Positions 28,794 to 38,856 are shown, counted from the stretch's first letter. The stretch is 64,000 bases of DNA from Methylorubrum populi (GCA_020741775.1 DYYG01000063.1:24429-88428), one strand, 5' to 3'. Numbers and translations: made by a program. The notes: generated by a model not told the origin, from the sequence alone.

Positions 28794-30687
28794 CGTGTCC
28801 GTTTCCGCTTCTGCGTCACTCCCGTCAGATTACGGTAGGGTTTTTGAGGAGACTCACGAAGCCATGCTCGTGATCGAGCCGCTCGCCGACCGTGTCGCCG
28901 ATGCGAATACCGCCGCCGCCCGTCTTCTCGGCCGGTCCCGTGCCGATCTCTGCGCGATGGCGGTCAGTGCGCTGCACCCGGAGCAGCGCGCCGCCCTGAT
29001 CGTGTTTACGGAGGGCGTGCTCGCGCAGGGACGATGGTGGACCCAGGGCCTGACGCCGAGCCATGGCGGCGGGGCTGCGCTGCGGCTCGAATACGTCGCC
29101 TCCCGGCTGTCGGGTGAGCCGACCCGCCTTCTCTTGACGCTGTTCGACCTCGACGAGCGCGAGCGCCGCCGGATCGACCGCGAGGCGGAGGAGCATATGC
29201 GGGCGGGTCTGCCGGAATGGCAGCGGATGGAGCGGATCTTTCGCGATATCGAGCGGGAGAACCGGCTGATCCTGCGAGCGGCCGGGGAGGGGATCTATGG
29301 CGTCAACGCCGAGGGGATCACGACATTCCTCAACCCGGCGGCGGAGCGGATGCTGGGATGGGACGCCGCCGATCTCGTCGGCAAAGACATGCACGCCACC
29401 GTCCACCATACCCATCCCGGCGGAGCGCATTACCCGCATCAGGATTGCCCGATCTACGCCGCCTTCCGCGACGGGGCGGTGCATCAGGTCGATGGCGAGG
29501 TGTTCTGGCGACGGGACGGTACCTGCTTTCCCGTCGAATACACCTCGACCCCGATCCGCGAGCGCGGCCGGTTGCTCGGCGCGGTGATCGTCTTCCGCGA
29601 CGTCAGCCAGCGCCGCGAATCCGAGGAGCGGCTGAGGTCGGCACTGGCCGAGGTCGATTCCCTGCGCGAGCGCCTGGAGCAGGAGAATGCCTATCTGAAG
29701 GAGGAGATCCGGGCCGAGAGCCATCACCAGGGCATCATCGGTCGCAGCCCCGCCATCGAGGCCTTGCGCCGCCAGATCGATCTGGTCGCCGGCACCGACG
29801 CCACCGTCCTCGTCACGGGCGAATCGGGCACCGGCAAGGAGCTGATTGCCCGGGCAATCCATGAGGCCAGCCGGCGGCATGACCGGCCGCTGATCCGGGT
29901 CAATTGCGCGGCCATCCCCCGCGAGCTGTTCGAGAGCGAGTTCTTCGGCCATGCCAAGGGCGCGTTCACCGGGGCCCTGCGCGACCGCATCGGGCGATTC
30001 GAGCTGGCCGAGGGCGGGACGCTTTTCCTTGATGAGGTCGGGGAGATTCCCCTCGATCTTCAGGGCAAATTGCTGCGGGTGCTGCAGGAGCGCCAATTCG
30101 AGCGCGTCGGCGAGGAGCGGACCCGCTCGGTCGATGTCCGGCTGATCGCCGCGACCAACCGCGACCTCAAGGAGGAGGTGCGGCGCGGGCGCTTCCGCGA
30201 GGACCTCTATTTTCGGCTCAACGTGTTCCCTATCGCCTCGGCGCCTTTGCGGGAGCGCCGCGAGGACGTGCCGCTCATCGCCCAGCACGTTCTGAAGAGC
30301 GCCGCCCGGCGCCTCAACCGGACGGATCTGCGCTTGACGGAAGCCGATGCGCGGCGCCTCGCCCGCTACGATTGGCCGGGCAATGTGCGCGAGTTGGAGA
30401 ACGTGATCGAACGTGCCACGATCCTGGCCGAGCGCGGGCGCCTCCGTTTCGATCTGCCGGAGTCGCGCTCAGCCGCCCCCCTCCCGGCTTCGGCGGAGCA
30501 GCCGACGGAAGCCGGCTGCCCGCTCAGCGAGGAGGAGCGCCGCCGCCGCGCCCGCGCGGAGATCGAAGAGGCGCTCCGTCTCGGCGGGGGCAAAGTGTTC
30601 GGGCCGGGCGGTGCCGCTGAGTTGCTGGGTCTCAAGCCAACGACCTTGCGATCCCGTATGAGGGCGCTCGGTATCCTGCGCCCCTGA
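28780..30687 (+). CDS. PAS-PAS sigma-54-dependent activator with Fis HTH; start uncertain
   Basis: Two PAS-like domains, [33 protein letters not shown]-terminal [17 protein letters not shown]; no receiver domain. Confidence 0.92.
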   Translation: MRDLVVSVSASASLPSDYGRVFEETHEAMLVIEPLADRVADANTAAARLLGRSRADLCAMAVSALHPEQRAALIVFTEGVLAQGRWWTQGLTPSHGGGAALRLEYVASRLSGEPTRLLLTLFDLDERERRRIDREAEEHMRAGLPEWQRMERIFRDIERENRLILRAAGEGIYGVNAEGITTFLNPAAERMLGWDAADLVGKDMHATVHHTHPGGAHYPHQDCPIYAAFRDGAVHQVDGEVFWRRDGTCFPVEYTSTPIRERGRLLGAVIVFRDVSQRRESEERLRSALAEVDSLRERLEQENAYLKEEIRAESHHQGIIGRSPAIEALRRQIDLVAGTDATVLVTGESGTGKELIARAIHEASRRHDRPLIRVNCAAIPRELFESEFFGHAKGAFTGALRDRIGRFELAEGGTLFLDEVGEIPLDLQGKLLRVLQERQFERVGEERTRSVDVRLIAATNRDLKEEVRRGRFREDLYFRLNVFPIASAPLRERREDVPLIAQHVLKSAARRLNRTDLRLTEADARRLARYDWPGNVRELENVIERATILAERGRLRFDLPESRSAAPLPASAEQPTEAGCPLSEEERRRRARAEIEEALRLGGGKVFGPGGAAELLGLKPTTLRSRMRALGILRP

Positions 30688-30874
30688 GAAAAGGGAAGGA
30701 ACCCGCTTCATCACCGCGTCAACAACCGTCCCTGACGGCTGGGACCGGCCCTTCGCATGGCTGTCATTCCCGTCTGCTTGGGTCTTCTCCATCCTCTCCC
30801 GGACTGCACCCTCGTGCCGTGATGGGGATCACCCCGCGCGAACACCTTGTGCGAGCCGCAGCCGAGTAGACCCG

Positions 30875-32395
30875 TTGAGACTGAGGACGAACACGGATTC
30901 GTGGGAGGGATGCCGCCGGACAAGGCGCGGCAGGATCCTCACCGCTCTGCTGCTGGGATGGCTGCCGATCCTGGCGGCGACCCATGCCTCGGCTCAGGCG
31001 CAGCGCCCGCTGCCGCTGGCCCTTCCGCTCTCGGGCGCGGGCGGCGACCCTCAGACGGCGATCGCGCAATCGCGCACGTCGGATCAAGTCTCCGTCACCA
31101 ACCAAGGCTCGATCCAGGAGGCGCTCGGACCCTACGGCGACCCGTTCGGCCTGCGCGCCTTCCTGGCCGCGCGGGGCATCACCTATGTCCTCACCTATAT
31201 CGGTGAGGGCTTGTCGAACGTGTCGGGCGGGCTGCGGCGCGGGGCGACCTATGGCGGTCGCCTCGACACGTCCCTCGACATCGATCTCGACACGCTGATG
31301 GGCTGGCGCGGCGCGCGCTTTCACACCGACTTCTTCCAGATCCACGGCCACGGGCTTTCGGCGCGGTACGTCAACAACCTGACTACGGTCACCGGCATCG
31401 AGGCCTTGCCCTCGACGCGGCTGTTCGAGCTGTGGATCGAGCAGCGCCTGTTCGACGACACGCTCTCGGTGAAACTCGGGCAGATCTCGGCCGATACCGA
31501 GTTCGCCATCGCCCAGTCTGCGGTGGTGTTCATGAATGCCGGTTTCGGCTGGCCCAATGTCGGCGCCGTCGTCATGCCGAGCGGCGGGCCGATCTATCCG
31601 CTGGCGACACCCGCCATCCGCCTGAAATACGAGCCGACGCCCGAACTCTCCTTCCAGGGCGGCCTGTTCAACGGCGACCCGGCGGGCAAACCGGCTCCGG
31701 GCGACGAGACCGACCCACAGCAGCGCAACCGCACCGGCACCGCTTTCCGCCTCAACGATCCGGCCCTGCTGCTCGGTGAGGTGTCCTATGCCTATCCGGC
31801 CCTTCCTGGCACGGAGCAGCTGCCCGGCACCGCGACCCTGGGCGGCTGGTATCATTTCGGCCGCTTCGAGAGCCCGCGCCTCGACAGCGTGCAGGGGCGC
31901 CTGCTGGCGGACCCGGAAGCCAGCGGCATTTCCCGCCGGTTTCGCGGCAATGCCGGGATCTACGCCATCCTCGACCAGACGCTCTACCGGGAGCCGGGCA
32001 CGGCCAGCCAGGGCGCCTCGGCCTTCCTGCGCTTCTCCGCCGTGCCGAGCGACCGCAACCTGATCGACCTCTATGTCGATACCGGCTTGGCCTATCGGGG
32101 TCTGTTTCCCGGCCGGCCGAACGACACGCTGGGCCTCGGCATGATCCATTCCCGCATCAGCCCGGAAGCGCGGGCCTTCGACCGGGAATCGCTGCTCTAC
32201 GGCTCCGGGACACGCCTGCTGCGGAGCAGCGAGACGGTATTCGAGGCGACCTATCAGGCGGAAATGGTGCCGGGTCTGACCCTGCAGCCCGACCTGCAAT
32301 ATGTCATGCGACCCGGTGGCGGTCTTGTCGATCAGCGCGGCCGGCGGCTGCGGAACGCCACGGTGCTCGGGCTACGCGCGACGATCAATTATTGA
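30875..32395 (+). CDS. OprB-family carbohydrate-selective porin
   Basis: RLFELWIEQ, KLGQISADTEF, YPLATPAIR, ETVFEATYQA, LQPDLQYVMRPGG, terminal LRATINY. Confidence 0.9.
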   Translation: MRLRTNTDSWEGCRRTRRGRILTALLLGWLPILAATHASAQAQRPLPLALPLSGAGGDPQTAIAQSRTSDQVSVTNQGSIQEALGPYGDPFGLRAFLAARGITYVLTYIGEGLSNVSGGLRRGATYGGRLDTSLDIDLDTLMGWRGARFHTDFFQIHGHGLSARYVNNLTTVTGIEALPSTRLFELWIEQRLFDDTLSVKLGQISADTEFAIAQSAVVFMNAGFGWPNVGAVVMPSGGPIYPLATPAIRLKYEPTPELSFQGGLFNGDPAGKPAPGDETDPQQRNRTGTAFRLNDPALLLGEVSYAYPALPGTEQLPGTATLGGWYHFGRFESPRLDSVQGRLLADPEASGISRRFRGNAGIYAILDQTLYREPGTASQGASAFLRFSAVPSDRNLIDLYVDTGLAYRGLFPGRPNDTLGLGMIHSRISPEARAFDRESLLYGSGTRLLRSSETVFEATYQAEMVPGLTLQPDLQYVMRPGGGLVDQRGRRLRNATVLGLRATINY

Positions 32396-32408
32396 CGGGA
32401 CCGCACCG

Positions 32409-33458
32409 TCACGGTCGAGGAGGCTCCGGATCGAAGGGGCGGAACGCGACATCGGCGGAACGGTCATCGTCGAGCGTCTTCAGGAAAGCGAGCAGATCCG
32501 CCTTTTCCTGCGGGCTGAGGTTGAGCGGACGGATGTCACGGGATCGGCTCGGCCGCTCGATGCCGCCGCGATCATAAAGGTCGATCACCGCGTCCAGGGT
32601 CGCCAGCGATCCGTCATGCATATAGGGCGCACGCCCCGAGACATTGCGCAGGGTCGGCGTTTTGAAGGCGTAGCGCAGGGCGGTCGATGTCGGGAAGAAG
32701 CGGGCTCGGCCGATATCGTTGCCCTTGGCGACGCCGATGTCGTGGAACGAACCGTCGGTGAAGGCCCAGCTCGAATGGCAGGCCGCGCAATGTGCCTTGC
32801 CGGTGAACAGGTCGAATCCGCGTTTGGCGCTGGCATCGACCGCCTGAGGATCGCCCTCGACCCACCGGTCGAACGGCGCCTTGCCCGAAACGATCAGGCG
32901 CTGGAAGGTGGCCAAAGCCTGATCGACACGCTCCTGCGTGACGGGCGGGCCGCCATGAGGAAAGGCCTTCGTGAAAGCCGCGACATAGGCAGGATCCGCG
33001 GAGAGCCGCCGGACCATCTCCTCCGGCGGCATATTCATGTTGCTTGGCGAAGTCAGTGGCGTGCGGGCGACCACTTCGAGGCCGCGGAACTTGCCGTCCC
33101 AGCCATAGATCCCGTCGATCCAGGCGGCGTTGATGAGCGTCGGCGTCCGGAAATCCATCGAGCCGCCATCGTTGCGGGGCGCCTTCGGATTCGCATCGGT
33201 CCAGTCCTGGCCGGGGATATGGCAGGTGGCGCAGGTCCGCTCGCCGTCACGGGAGAGGATGGGATCGAAAAACAGAGAACGGCCGAGTTCCGCTTTCGCG
33301 GCTCGATACGGGTTCTCCTTCGGGAACGGAATCGCGTCAGGTCGCCGAAACTCGGCGAGCTTGGACGCAAGGTCCGGCTTGCCGGTTGTGGCGACCGCCC
33401 AACTTTCCAGTGAGATCGTCAGGAGGGTCGCTATGACCCCCACGTTTATCCGAGCCAT
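32409..33458 (-). CDS. Di-haem cytochrome c peroxidase/MauG-superfamily protein
   Basis: LFFDPILS..., CATCH (76-80), GWDGK, CAACH (224-228), FKTPTLRNV...PYMHDG; N-terminal signal-like segment. Confidence 0.92.
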   Translation of the reverse strand: MARINVGVIATLLTISLESWAVATTGKPDLASKLAEFRRPDAIPFPKENPYRAAKAELGRSLFFDPILSRDGERTCATCHIPGQDWTDANPKAPRNDGGSMDFRTPTLINAAWIDGIYGWDGKFRGLEVVARTPLTSPSNMNMPPEEMVRRLSADPAYVAAFTKAFPHGGPPVTQERVDQALATFQRLIVSGKAPFDRWVEGDPQAVDASAKRGFDLFTGKAHCAACHSSWAFTDGSFHDIGVAKGNDIGRARFFPTSTALRYAFKTPTLRNVSGRAPYMHDGSLATLDAVIDLYDRGGIERPSRSRDIRPLNLSPQEKADLLAFLKTLDDDRSADVAFRPFDPEPPRP

Positions 33459-33525
33459 TCCAACCTCGATCGCGCAGAGATTGGGGGCTTTGCGTGAATT
33501 TTTCGTAAACCCAGGCTATTTGGAA

Positions 33526-33894
33526 CTACTTCACCGATACGAGGAGCTTCATCTTCGGGTGAATGCCACAAAGAATCGTGAATTGACCCGGTTGCGGAAA
33601 GGATACAACGGTCTTGCTGCCCGGCCCTTGCTCCCCCGTGTCGAAGCTGAATTGGGGGCTGTCCAGATAGGCATGGTGAACGAGTTCGCCATCGTCGTTC
33701 ACGATCTCGATCGCCTCACCCGTCCGCAGGGCGACCGCCCCCGGAGCGAAGGCCCGGCCCTTCTGCGTCACCCTGTGGGACGCTGCGGTGCCTGCCAGGG
33801 CAAGCGCCGCCCCGGACGTGGCAAGTGAGAGGAGAAGCAGGGCGGCGCCCGCGCGCCTCGGCGTGGCCGCACCTCTCAGGCGCACGTCTGACAT
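33526..33894 (-). CDS. Secreted amicyanin/plastocyanin-like cupredoxin
   Basis: Signal peptide; type-1 Cu ligand set His73/74 plus C109-x2-H112-x2-M115 (CGIHPKM). Confidence 0.85.
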   Translation of the reverse strand: MSDVRLRGAATPRRAGAALLLLSLATSGAALALAGTAASHRVTQKGRAFAPGAVALRTGEAIEIVNDDGELVHHAYLDSPQFSFDTGEQGPGSKTVVSFPQPGQFTILCGIHPKMKLLVSVK

Positions 33895-34287
33895 CGAATC
33901 TTCCCCGCTTCTCTCAGAGCATCGTCCATGATCCTCGGATCACGAAGATGGCTCTCGCTGCTTGATCGTGCTGCATCTTCTCTCGCGGAACCGACGACCA
34001 CTTCCGCGGACAATGCTCCAGAGCATGGTCCCGAAAGGTGGTTGCCGGCCTTCGGAACAAGACGATGCGAAGACAACAGTCTGACGCATCGTCTCCGATC
34101 TCTTTCCACCAGACGACGCATCAAGGGCACCGCTACGCGCCCGGAGAGATCAGTTAAGCTTCCGTCAGGTTGCGTTCGCATTAACGCCAAGCCGTAAAAA
34201 GACACAATTCCGTCGGGCGCTTGCGGCAGAACAAATTACCTTAACGATTGTCGGTCAGGCTCGCTCCGCGAAGCAGATGGAAGCCTG

Positions 34288-37137
34288 ATGCGTTTTTCTC
34301 GCCCTCCGAACGGCTTTCTACCCTTCCGTGGCGCTCTCGATGCTTTCGTGCGCAGCGGGCACACCATTCGTGGGCGGATCTTTCTTGCCTTCGTGATGCT
34401 GAGCACCATCACGGCGCTGCTCGGCGGCTATGCCGCCTTCGGCATCATGACGACGGGTGCGCTGGTCGACAAAACCTACGATCGCTCCCTGATGTCGATC
34501 AATTACGCGCGCGCCGCCGCGGCCGATCTCGCCTCGCTTCAGGCGACGGTGGCCCGTGCCCGGCTCGCGGGCGAAGAGGAGGAGCGGCAGAGGCTGGAGA
34601 AGCGGATCGAGGCGCTGACGCAATCCTTCGAGGAGGATCTTGAGATCGCGGTGGATCGCGCCCAGTCGGATCGTGCGGCTCGGGAAGCGGCCGCGGCCAA
34701 GGATGCCGTCTCCCACTGGCTCGCCGCCCGCCGGGAATTTGGCCCCGACCGCCAGACGCTGGATGTCTGGCAGGCGCTCGACGCCCATGCGGCCGTGGCC
34801 GAGCAGCACATCGACCTGTTCATCAATTTTACCGCCGGTGACGGCTTCTCCTACAAGCAGACCGCCCGCGCCGTCGTCGCCCGCGACGTGTGGCTCAGCA
34901 TTGCCGCGACCCTGATCGCCATCCTGCTCTCCGGCATCGTCGCCCTGCTGCTGTCGCGGCAGATCGTGCGTCCGGTGGCCGATGCCTCGACGGTCGCGAG
35001 CCGCATCGCCGCCGGCGAACTCGATGTCACGGTGCCGGAAGGGGGCGACGACGAGTTCGGGGTGCTGCTGCGCGCCATGGCGAGAATGCGCGACAACATC
35101 GCCGCGATGATGCGGGAGGAGGTGTCGCAGCGTCGCTCGGCTCAAGGGTTGCTCGCCGACGCGGTTCAGGGCTCCACGGAAGCCATCGTCGTCGTCGATG
35201 CCGCGGGGCGGATCGTGCTCGCCAACGAGCGGGCGGCGGCAGCGCTCGGATTCAAGGCCACGGAGGCCGGGCGTCACCACCTCGCGGAAGCGACCGGTTC
35301 GGCCGTCGCCGATTCCCTGCTCGCCATGCCGGGCACGGGCGTCGCCACCGCCGAGACGCGTTCCGCCGACGGACGCTGGCTGCGCATCAGCCGCAGCCCG
35401 ACGCGCGACGGCGGTTTCGTCGCGGTCTGCACCGATGTGTCCCTTCTCAAGGAGCAGGAGGATCAGCTCAAGCGCGGCAATTCCCAGCTGGATGCGGCGC
35501 TCAGCAACATGCTGCAGGGGCTGTGCCTCTACGATGCCGAGGGCGGCCTGCTCGTCTCCAATCGCCGCTTCGCTGACATGCTCGGTATCGACGCTGCGTC
35601 CCTGCGGCCTGGGATGAGCCTGCGCGACATTGCCGGACTCGTCGAGGCCGCGTCCGGTGACGACGGCCGGGCGTTCAATCTGTTGATGGAGCAGCAGGCT
35701 CTGCTTCAACGCGGATCGAGCGGCTCGCTGTGCTGCCCGATCCGGACCGATTGCATCGTTTCCGTCAGGCAGCAGCCGACCGCCGAGGGCGGCTGGATCG
35801 CGACCTATGAGGATGTCACCCTGCGCTACGAGGCGGAGGCGCGCATCATCACCATGGCGCGTCGCGACACGTTGACGGGCTTGGCCAACCGGATGGTGTT
35901 CGGCGAACGCCTGGAGGAGGCCTCGGCCCATCTCGGCGAGGGTGTCGGGTTTGCCACGCTCTGCCTCGACCTCGACCGCTTCAAGGAGGTCAACGACACC
36001 CTCGGTCATCCGGTCGGCGACAACCTTCTGCGCAGCGTCGCGGACAGGCTCCAGGGCTGCCTGCGGGACACCGATCTCGTGGCCAGGCTCGGCGGCGACG
36101 AGTTCGCCATCGTCCAGTCTGGCCCGCAGGTCCGCGCCGATGCCATCGTCCTGGCCAAGCGCCTGATCGCCGCCTTCCAGAGCCCGTTTCTGCTGGACGG
36201 ACACATCGTGACGGTGGGGCTCAGCATCGGCATCTCCCTCGCCCCCGAGCACGGCACCAGCCCGGAAAAGCTGCTCAAGAGCGCCGACCTCGCCCTCTAC
36301 CGCGCCAAGGCCAACGGGCGCGGCGGCTGGTGCTTCTTCGACGAGGAGATGGACCTGGAACTGCGTAAGCGTCGGGCCCTGGAGAGCGATCTCAAGCAAG
36401 CGGTGCGGAACGACGAATTCGAGCTGGTCTTCCAGCCGATCGTCAAGCTCGACCGCCAGCGCATCGCCTGCTGCGAAGCCTTGCTGCGCTGGCGGCACCC
36501 CGTCCGCGGATATGTCTCCCCGGCGGAGTTCGTCCCGCTCGCGGAGGAAACCGGCCTCATCGGCGAGATCGGCGAATGGGTGCTGCACCGGGCCTGCGCC
36601 GAGGCGGCGACGTGGCCGTCCGGAATCGGTGTCGCCGTGAATGTCTCACCGGCACAGTTCAAGAACGCCGCCGTCGTCCGTGCGGTGAAGGCCGCCCTGG
36701 CCGCGAGCGGCCTTCCGTCGAACCGCCTAGAATTGGAAATCACCGAATCCGTCTTGCTGACCGACAACATGGCGACCCTGGCCACCCTCCATACCCTGAA
36801 GCGCATCGGGGTGCGGGTGGCGATGGACGATTTCGGCACGGGCTTCTCGTCCCTAAGCTATTTGCAGAGCTTTCCCTTCGACAAGATCAAGATCGACCAG
36901 TCCTTCGTCCGCAACCTGGAGCTGACCGGCAATGCCCGGCTGATCGTTCGTTCCGTGATCGGGCTTGGACGCAGCCTCGGCATCACCACAACGGCGGAGG
37001 GCATCGAGACCGAGGCGCAGCTCGAACAGCTCCGCCTCGAAGGCTGCGAGGAAGGGCAGGGCTATCTGTTCAGCCGCCCGGTGCCCTCCGCCCGCATCCG
37101 CGAACTGGTCGCGACCCTGGGCCGGAACGCCGCCTGA
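34288..37137 (+). CDS. Membrane-anchored sensor-HAMP-PAS-PAS-GGDEF-EAL protein
   Basis: Two TM segments, HAMP, PAS-like repeats, DTLTGLANR, RLGGDEF, CEALLRW, DDFGTGFSSL, KIKIDQSF, TAEGIET. Confidence 0.93.
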   Translation: MRFSRPPNGFLPFRGALDAFVRSGHTIRGRIFLAFVMLSTITALLGGYAAFGIMTTGALVDKTYDRSLMSINYARAAAADLASLQATVARARLAGEEEERQRLEKRIEALTQSFEEDLEIAVDRAQSDRAAREAAAAKDAVSHWLAARREFGPDRQTLDVWQALDAHAAVAEQHIDLFINFTAGDGFSYKQTARAVVARDVWLSIAATLIAILLSGIVALLLSRQIVRPVADASTVASRIAAGELDVTVPEGGDDEFGVLLRAMARMRDNIAAMMREEVSQRRSAQGLLADAVQGSTEAIVVVDAAGRIVLANERAAAALGFKATEAGRHHLAEATGSAVADSLLAMPGTGVATAETRSADGRWLRISRSPTRDGGFVAVCTDVSLLKEQEDQLKRGNSQLDAALSNMLQGLCLYDAEGGLLVSNRRFADMLGIDAASLRPGMSLRDIAGLVEAASGDDGRAFNLLMEQQALLQRGSSGSLCCPIRTDCIVSVRQQPTAEGGWIATYEDVTLRYEAEARIITMARRDTLTGLANRMVFGERLEEASAHLGEGVGFATLCLDLDRFKEVNDTLGHPVGDNLLRSVADRLQGCLRDTDLVARLGGDEFAIVQSGPQVRADAIVLAKRLIAAFQSPFLLDGHIVTVGLSIGISLAPEHGTSPEKLLKSADLALYRAKANGRGGWCFFDEEMDLELRKRRALESDLKQAVRNDEFELVFQPIVKLDRQRIACCEALLRWRHPVRGYVSPAEFVPLAEETGLIGEIGEWVLHRACAEAATWPSGIGVAVNVSPAQFKNAAVVRAVKAALAASGLPSNRLELEITESVLLTDNMATLATLHTLKRIGVRVAMDDFGTGFSSLSYLQSFPFDKIKIDQSFVRNLELTGNARLIVRSVIGLGRSLGITTTAEGIETEAQLEQLRLEGCEEGQGYLFSRPVPSARIRELVATLGRNAA

Positions 37138-37406
37138 GACAGGGAAAGGACTCTTAAAGCCGGCGGGCACGGGAACGACCGCGCGGGGCTAACGACGCCG
37201 GCATCCCGATTTTTATCAAAATTGAAGTTATGCATTGTGCTATATCAGCACAACATATGATTAGGCTAACTTGCCGCAAGTTTCCTCTGAACAAACCTGG
37301 GTTCAGGCGATTTCCCAGGCATCGCAGCGAAGGCACAGCCCGGCCGGAAGACCTGGCTATGCACAGCCATGGGGTTTGTGCTTCGCGCAGCCGAGGAATC
37401 GAGCCA

Positions 37407-38264
37407 ATGTATTATCACGACAAGCGTCTTCAATATCCCGTGCGCGTCGATAGCCCGGATCCGGTTTACGCCCGCATGTTGCAGCAGGCGATCGGCGGCA
37501 TCGAGGGTGAGATCCGCGTGTGTATGCAGTACTTCTTCCAGGCCTGGGGCAACCGCGCGCCGAATACGAAGTATCGGGACATGCTCCTGCACACGGCCAC
37601 GGAGGAACTCGGCCATATCGAGATGCTCGCGACCGCGGTGGCGATGAATTTGGAGAACGCGCCGACCAAGGTTCAGGAAGCGGGCGCCGCCGATGCCATC
37701 GTCGGCGCCGTGATGGGCGGTGAGAATCCGCGCCATATCGCCGAGGGCATGCTGCACAAGCACCTGCTCTCGACCGGCATGGCCGCGTTCCCCGGCAATT
37801 CCGATGGCGTGCCGTTCGACATGAACCACATCTATGCCAGCGGCAACATCGCGGCGGACATGTACTGCAACGTCGCCGCCGAAGCGACCGGCCGGACGCT
37901 GGCGGTTCGCCTGTCCAACGCGACCAACGACCCCGGGATGAAGGACATGTGGAGCTTCCTCATCGCCCGCGACACGATGCACCAGCAGCAATGGCTCGCG
38001 GTGGTCGAGGAGCTTGGCGGGGTCGAGGGGGCGCTGCCGATTCCGAACAGCTTCCCGCAATCGGAAGAAAACCAGAAGTTCAACTACAGCTTCTTCGCCA
38101 CGAATCGCGATGGCACCCCGCCGCCGGACGGCCGCTGGACCACCGGACCATCCATCGACGGCAAGGGCACCTTCAGCGTCTTCCAGAACGAGCCCATGGG
38201 TCAGGAGCCGGTGCTCGGCCCGGCGCGGCCCGATAGCGGCGCCGAGAGCCAGCAGATCGGCTGA
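37407..38264 (+). CDS. Manganese catalase family protein
   Basis: MYYHDKRLQYPVRVD.PDP, GGIEGE, EELGHIEM, LIARDTMHQQQW. Confidence 0.92.
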   Translation: MYYHDKRLQYPVRVDSPDPVYARMLQQAIGGIEGEIRVCMQYFFQAWGNRAPNTKYRDMLLHTATEELGHIEMLATAVAMNLENAPTKVQEAGAADAIVGAVMGGENPRHIAEGMLHKHLLSTGMAAFPGNSDGVPFDMNHIYASGNIAADMYCNVAAEATGRTLAVRLSNATNDPGMKDMWSFLIARDTMHQQQWLAVVEELGGVEGALPIPNSFPQSEENQKFNYSFFATNRDGTPPPDGRWTTGPSIDGKGTFSVFQNEPMGQEPVLGPARPDSGAESQQIG

Positions 38265-38346
38265 TTCGAGTCGCGTCCGGCCGGTTTTCTAGCCGGACGC
38301 GTCGTCCATTCTCTTCCGGCACCCGTCGCATCAGGAGACGCCGACG

Positions 38347-38856
38347 ATGACGCTCGATACGCGCGAGATCTACGTCACCGCCCTTAAGAACACACATGCT
38401 CTGGAAATGCAGGCCCTGCAGATCATGGAGCGTCAAGTCGAGCGGCTGACCCGCTACCCTGAAATGGAAGAGGCGCTGCGCCGACACATTCAGGAGACCC
38501 ACGGCCAGCGCACCCGTCTGGAAGAGGCGCTGCAATCCCTCGGAGACAGTCCCTCGACCCTGAAAGAGGGCTTTCTCGGCTTCGTCGGAAACATGATGGC
38601 GCTGGGTCACACGCCGGCGCAGGACGAGATCCTGAAGAACACCTACGCCAACCATGCCTTCGAGAATTTCGAGATCGCTGCCTATGAATCCCTCCTGACC
38701 ATCGGCGAGGCGGCCGGGCACGGCGGAAGCCTGACCGGGTTCCGGCAGTCGTTGCAGGAAGAGGAGGCGATGGCACGCCGGGTACGGGATCTGATCGGCC
38801 TGACGACCAGGCGCTATGTCGATCTCTCGGTAGCGGGCGAGAAGGCCGACCGCTGA
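38347..38856 (+). CDS. DUF892 ferritin-like protein (YciE/YciF type)
   Basis: LKNTHALEMQA...HIQETHGQ..RLE...DEILKN...FENFEIAAYESL...EEEAMA; paired with Mn catalase. Confidence 0.9.
   Translation: MTLDTREIYVTALKNTHALEMQALQIMERQVERLTRYPEMEEALRRHIQETHGQRTRLEEALQSLGDSPSTLKEGFLGFVGNMMALGHTPAQDEILKNTYANHAFENFEIAAYESLLTIGEAAGHGGSLTGFRQSLQEEEAMARRVRDLIGLTTRRYVDLSVAGEKADR

Noticed and set aside
32409-33894. Calling this a methylamine utilisation (mau) cluster
   Set aside because: No mauA/B/D/E/F in the window, and the di-haem protein lacks the MauG W199, Q103 and E113 equivalents.
37172-37310. EcfG promoter for the Mn catalase
   Set aside because: GGAAC (37172) and TGAAC (37288) are not followed by (C/T)GTT at 16-17 bp.
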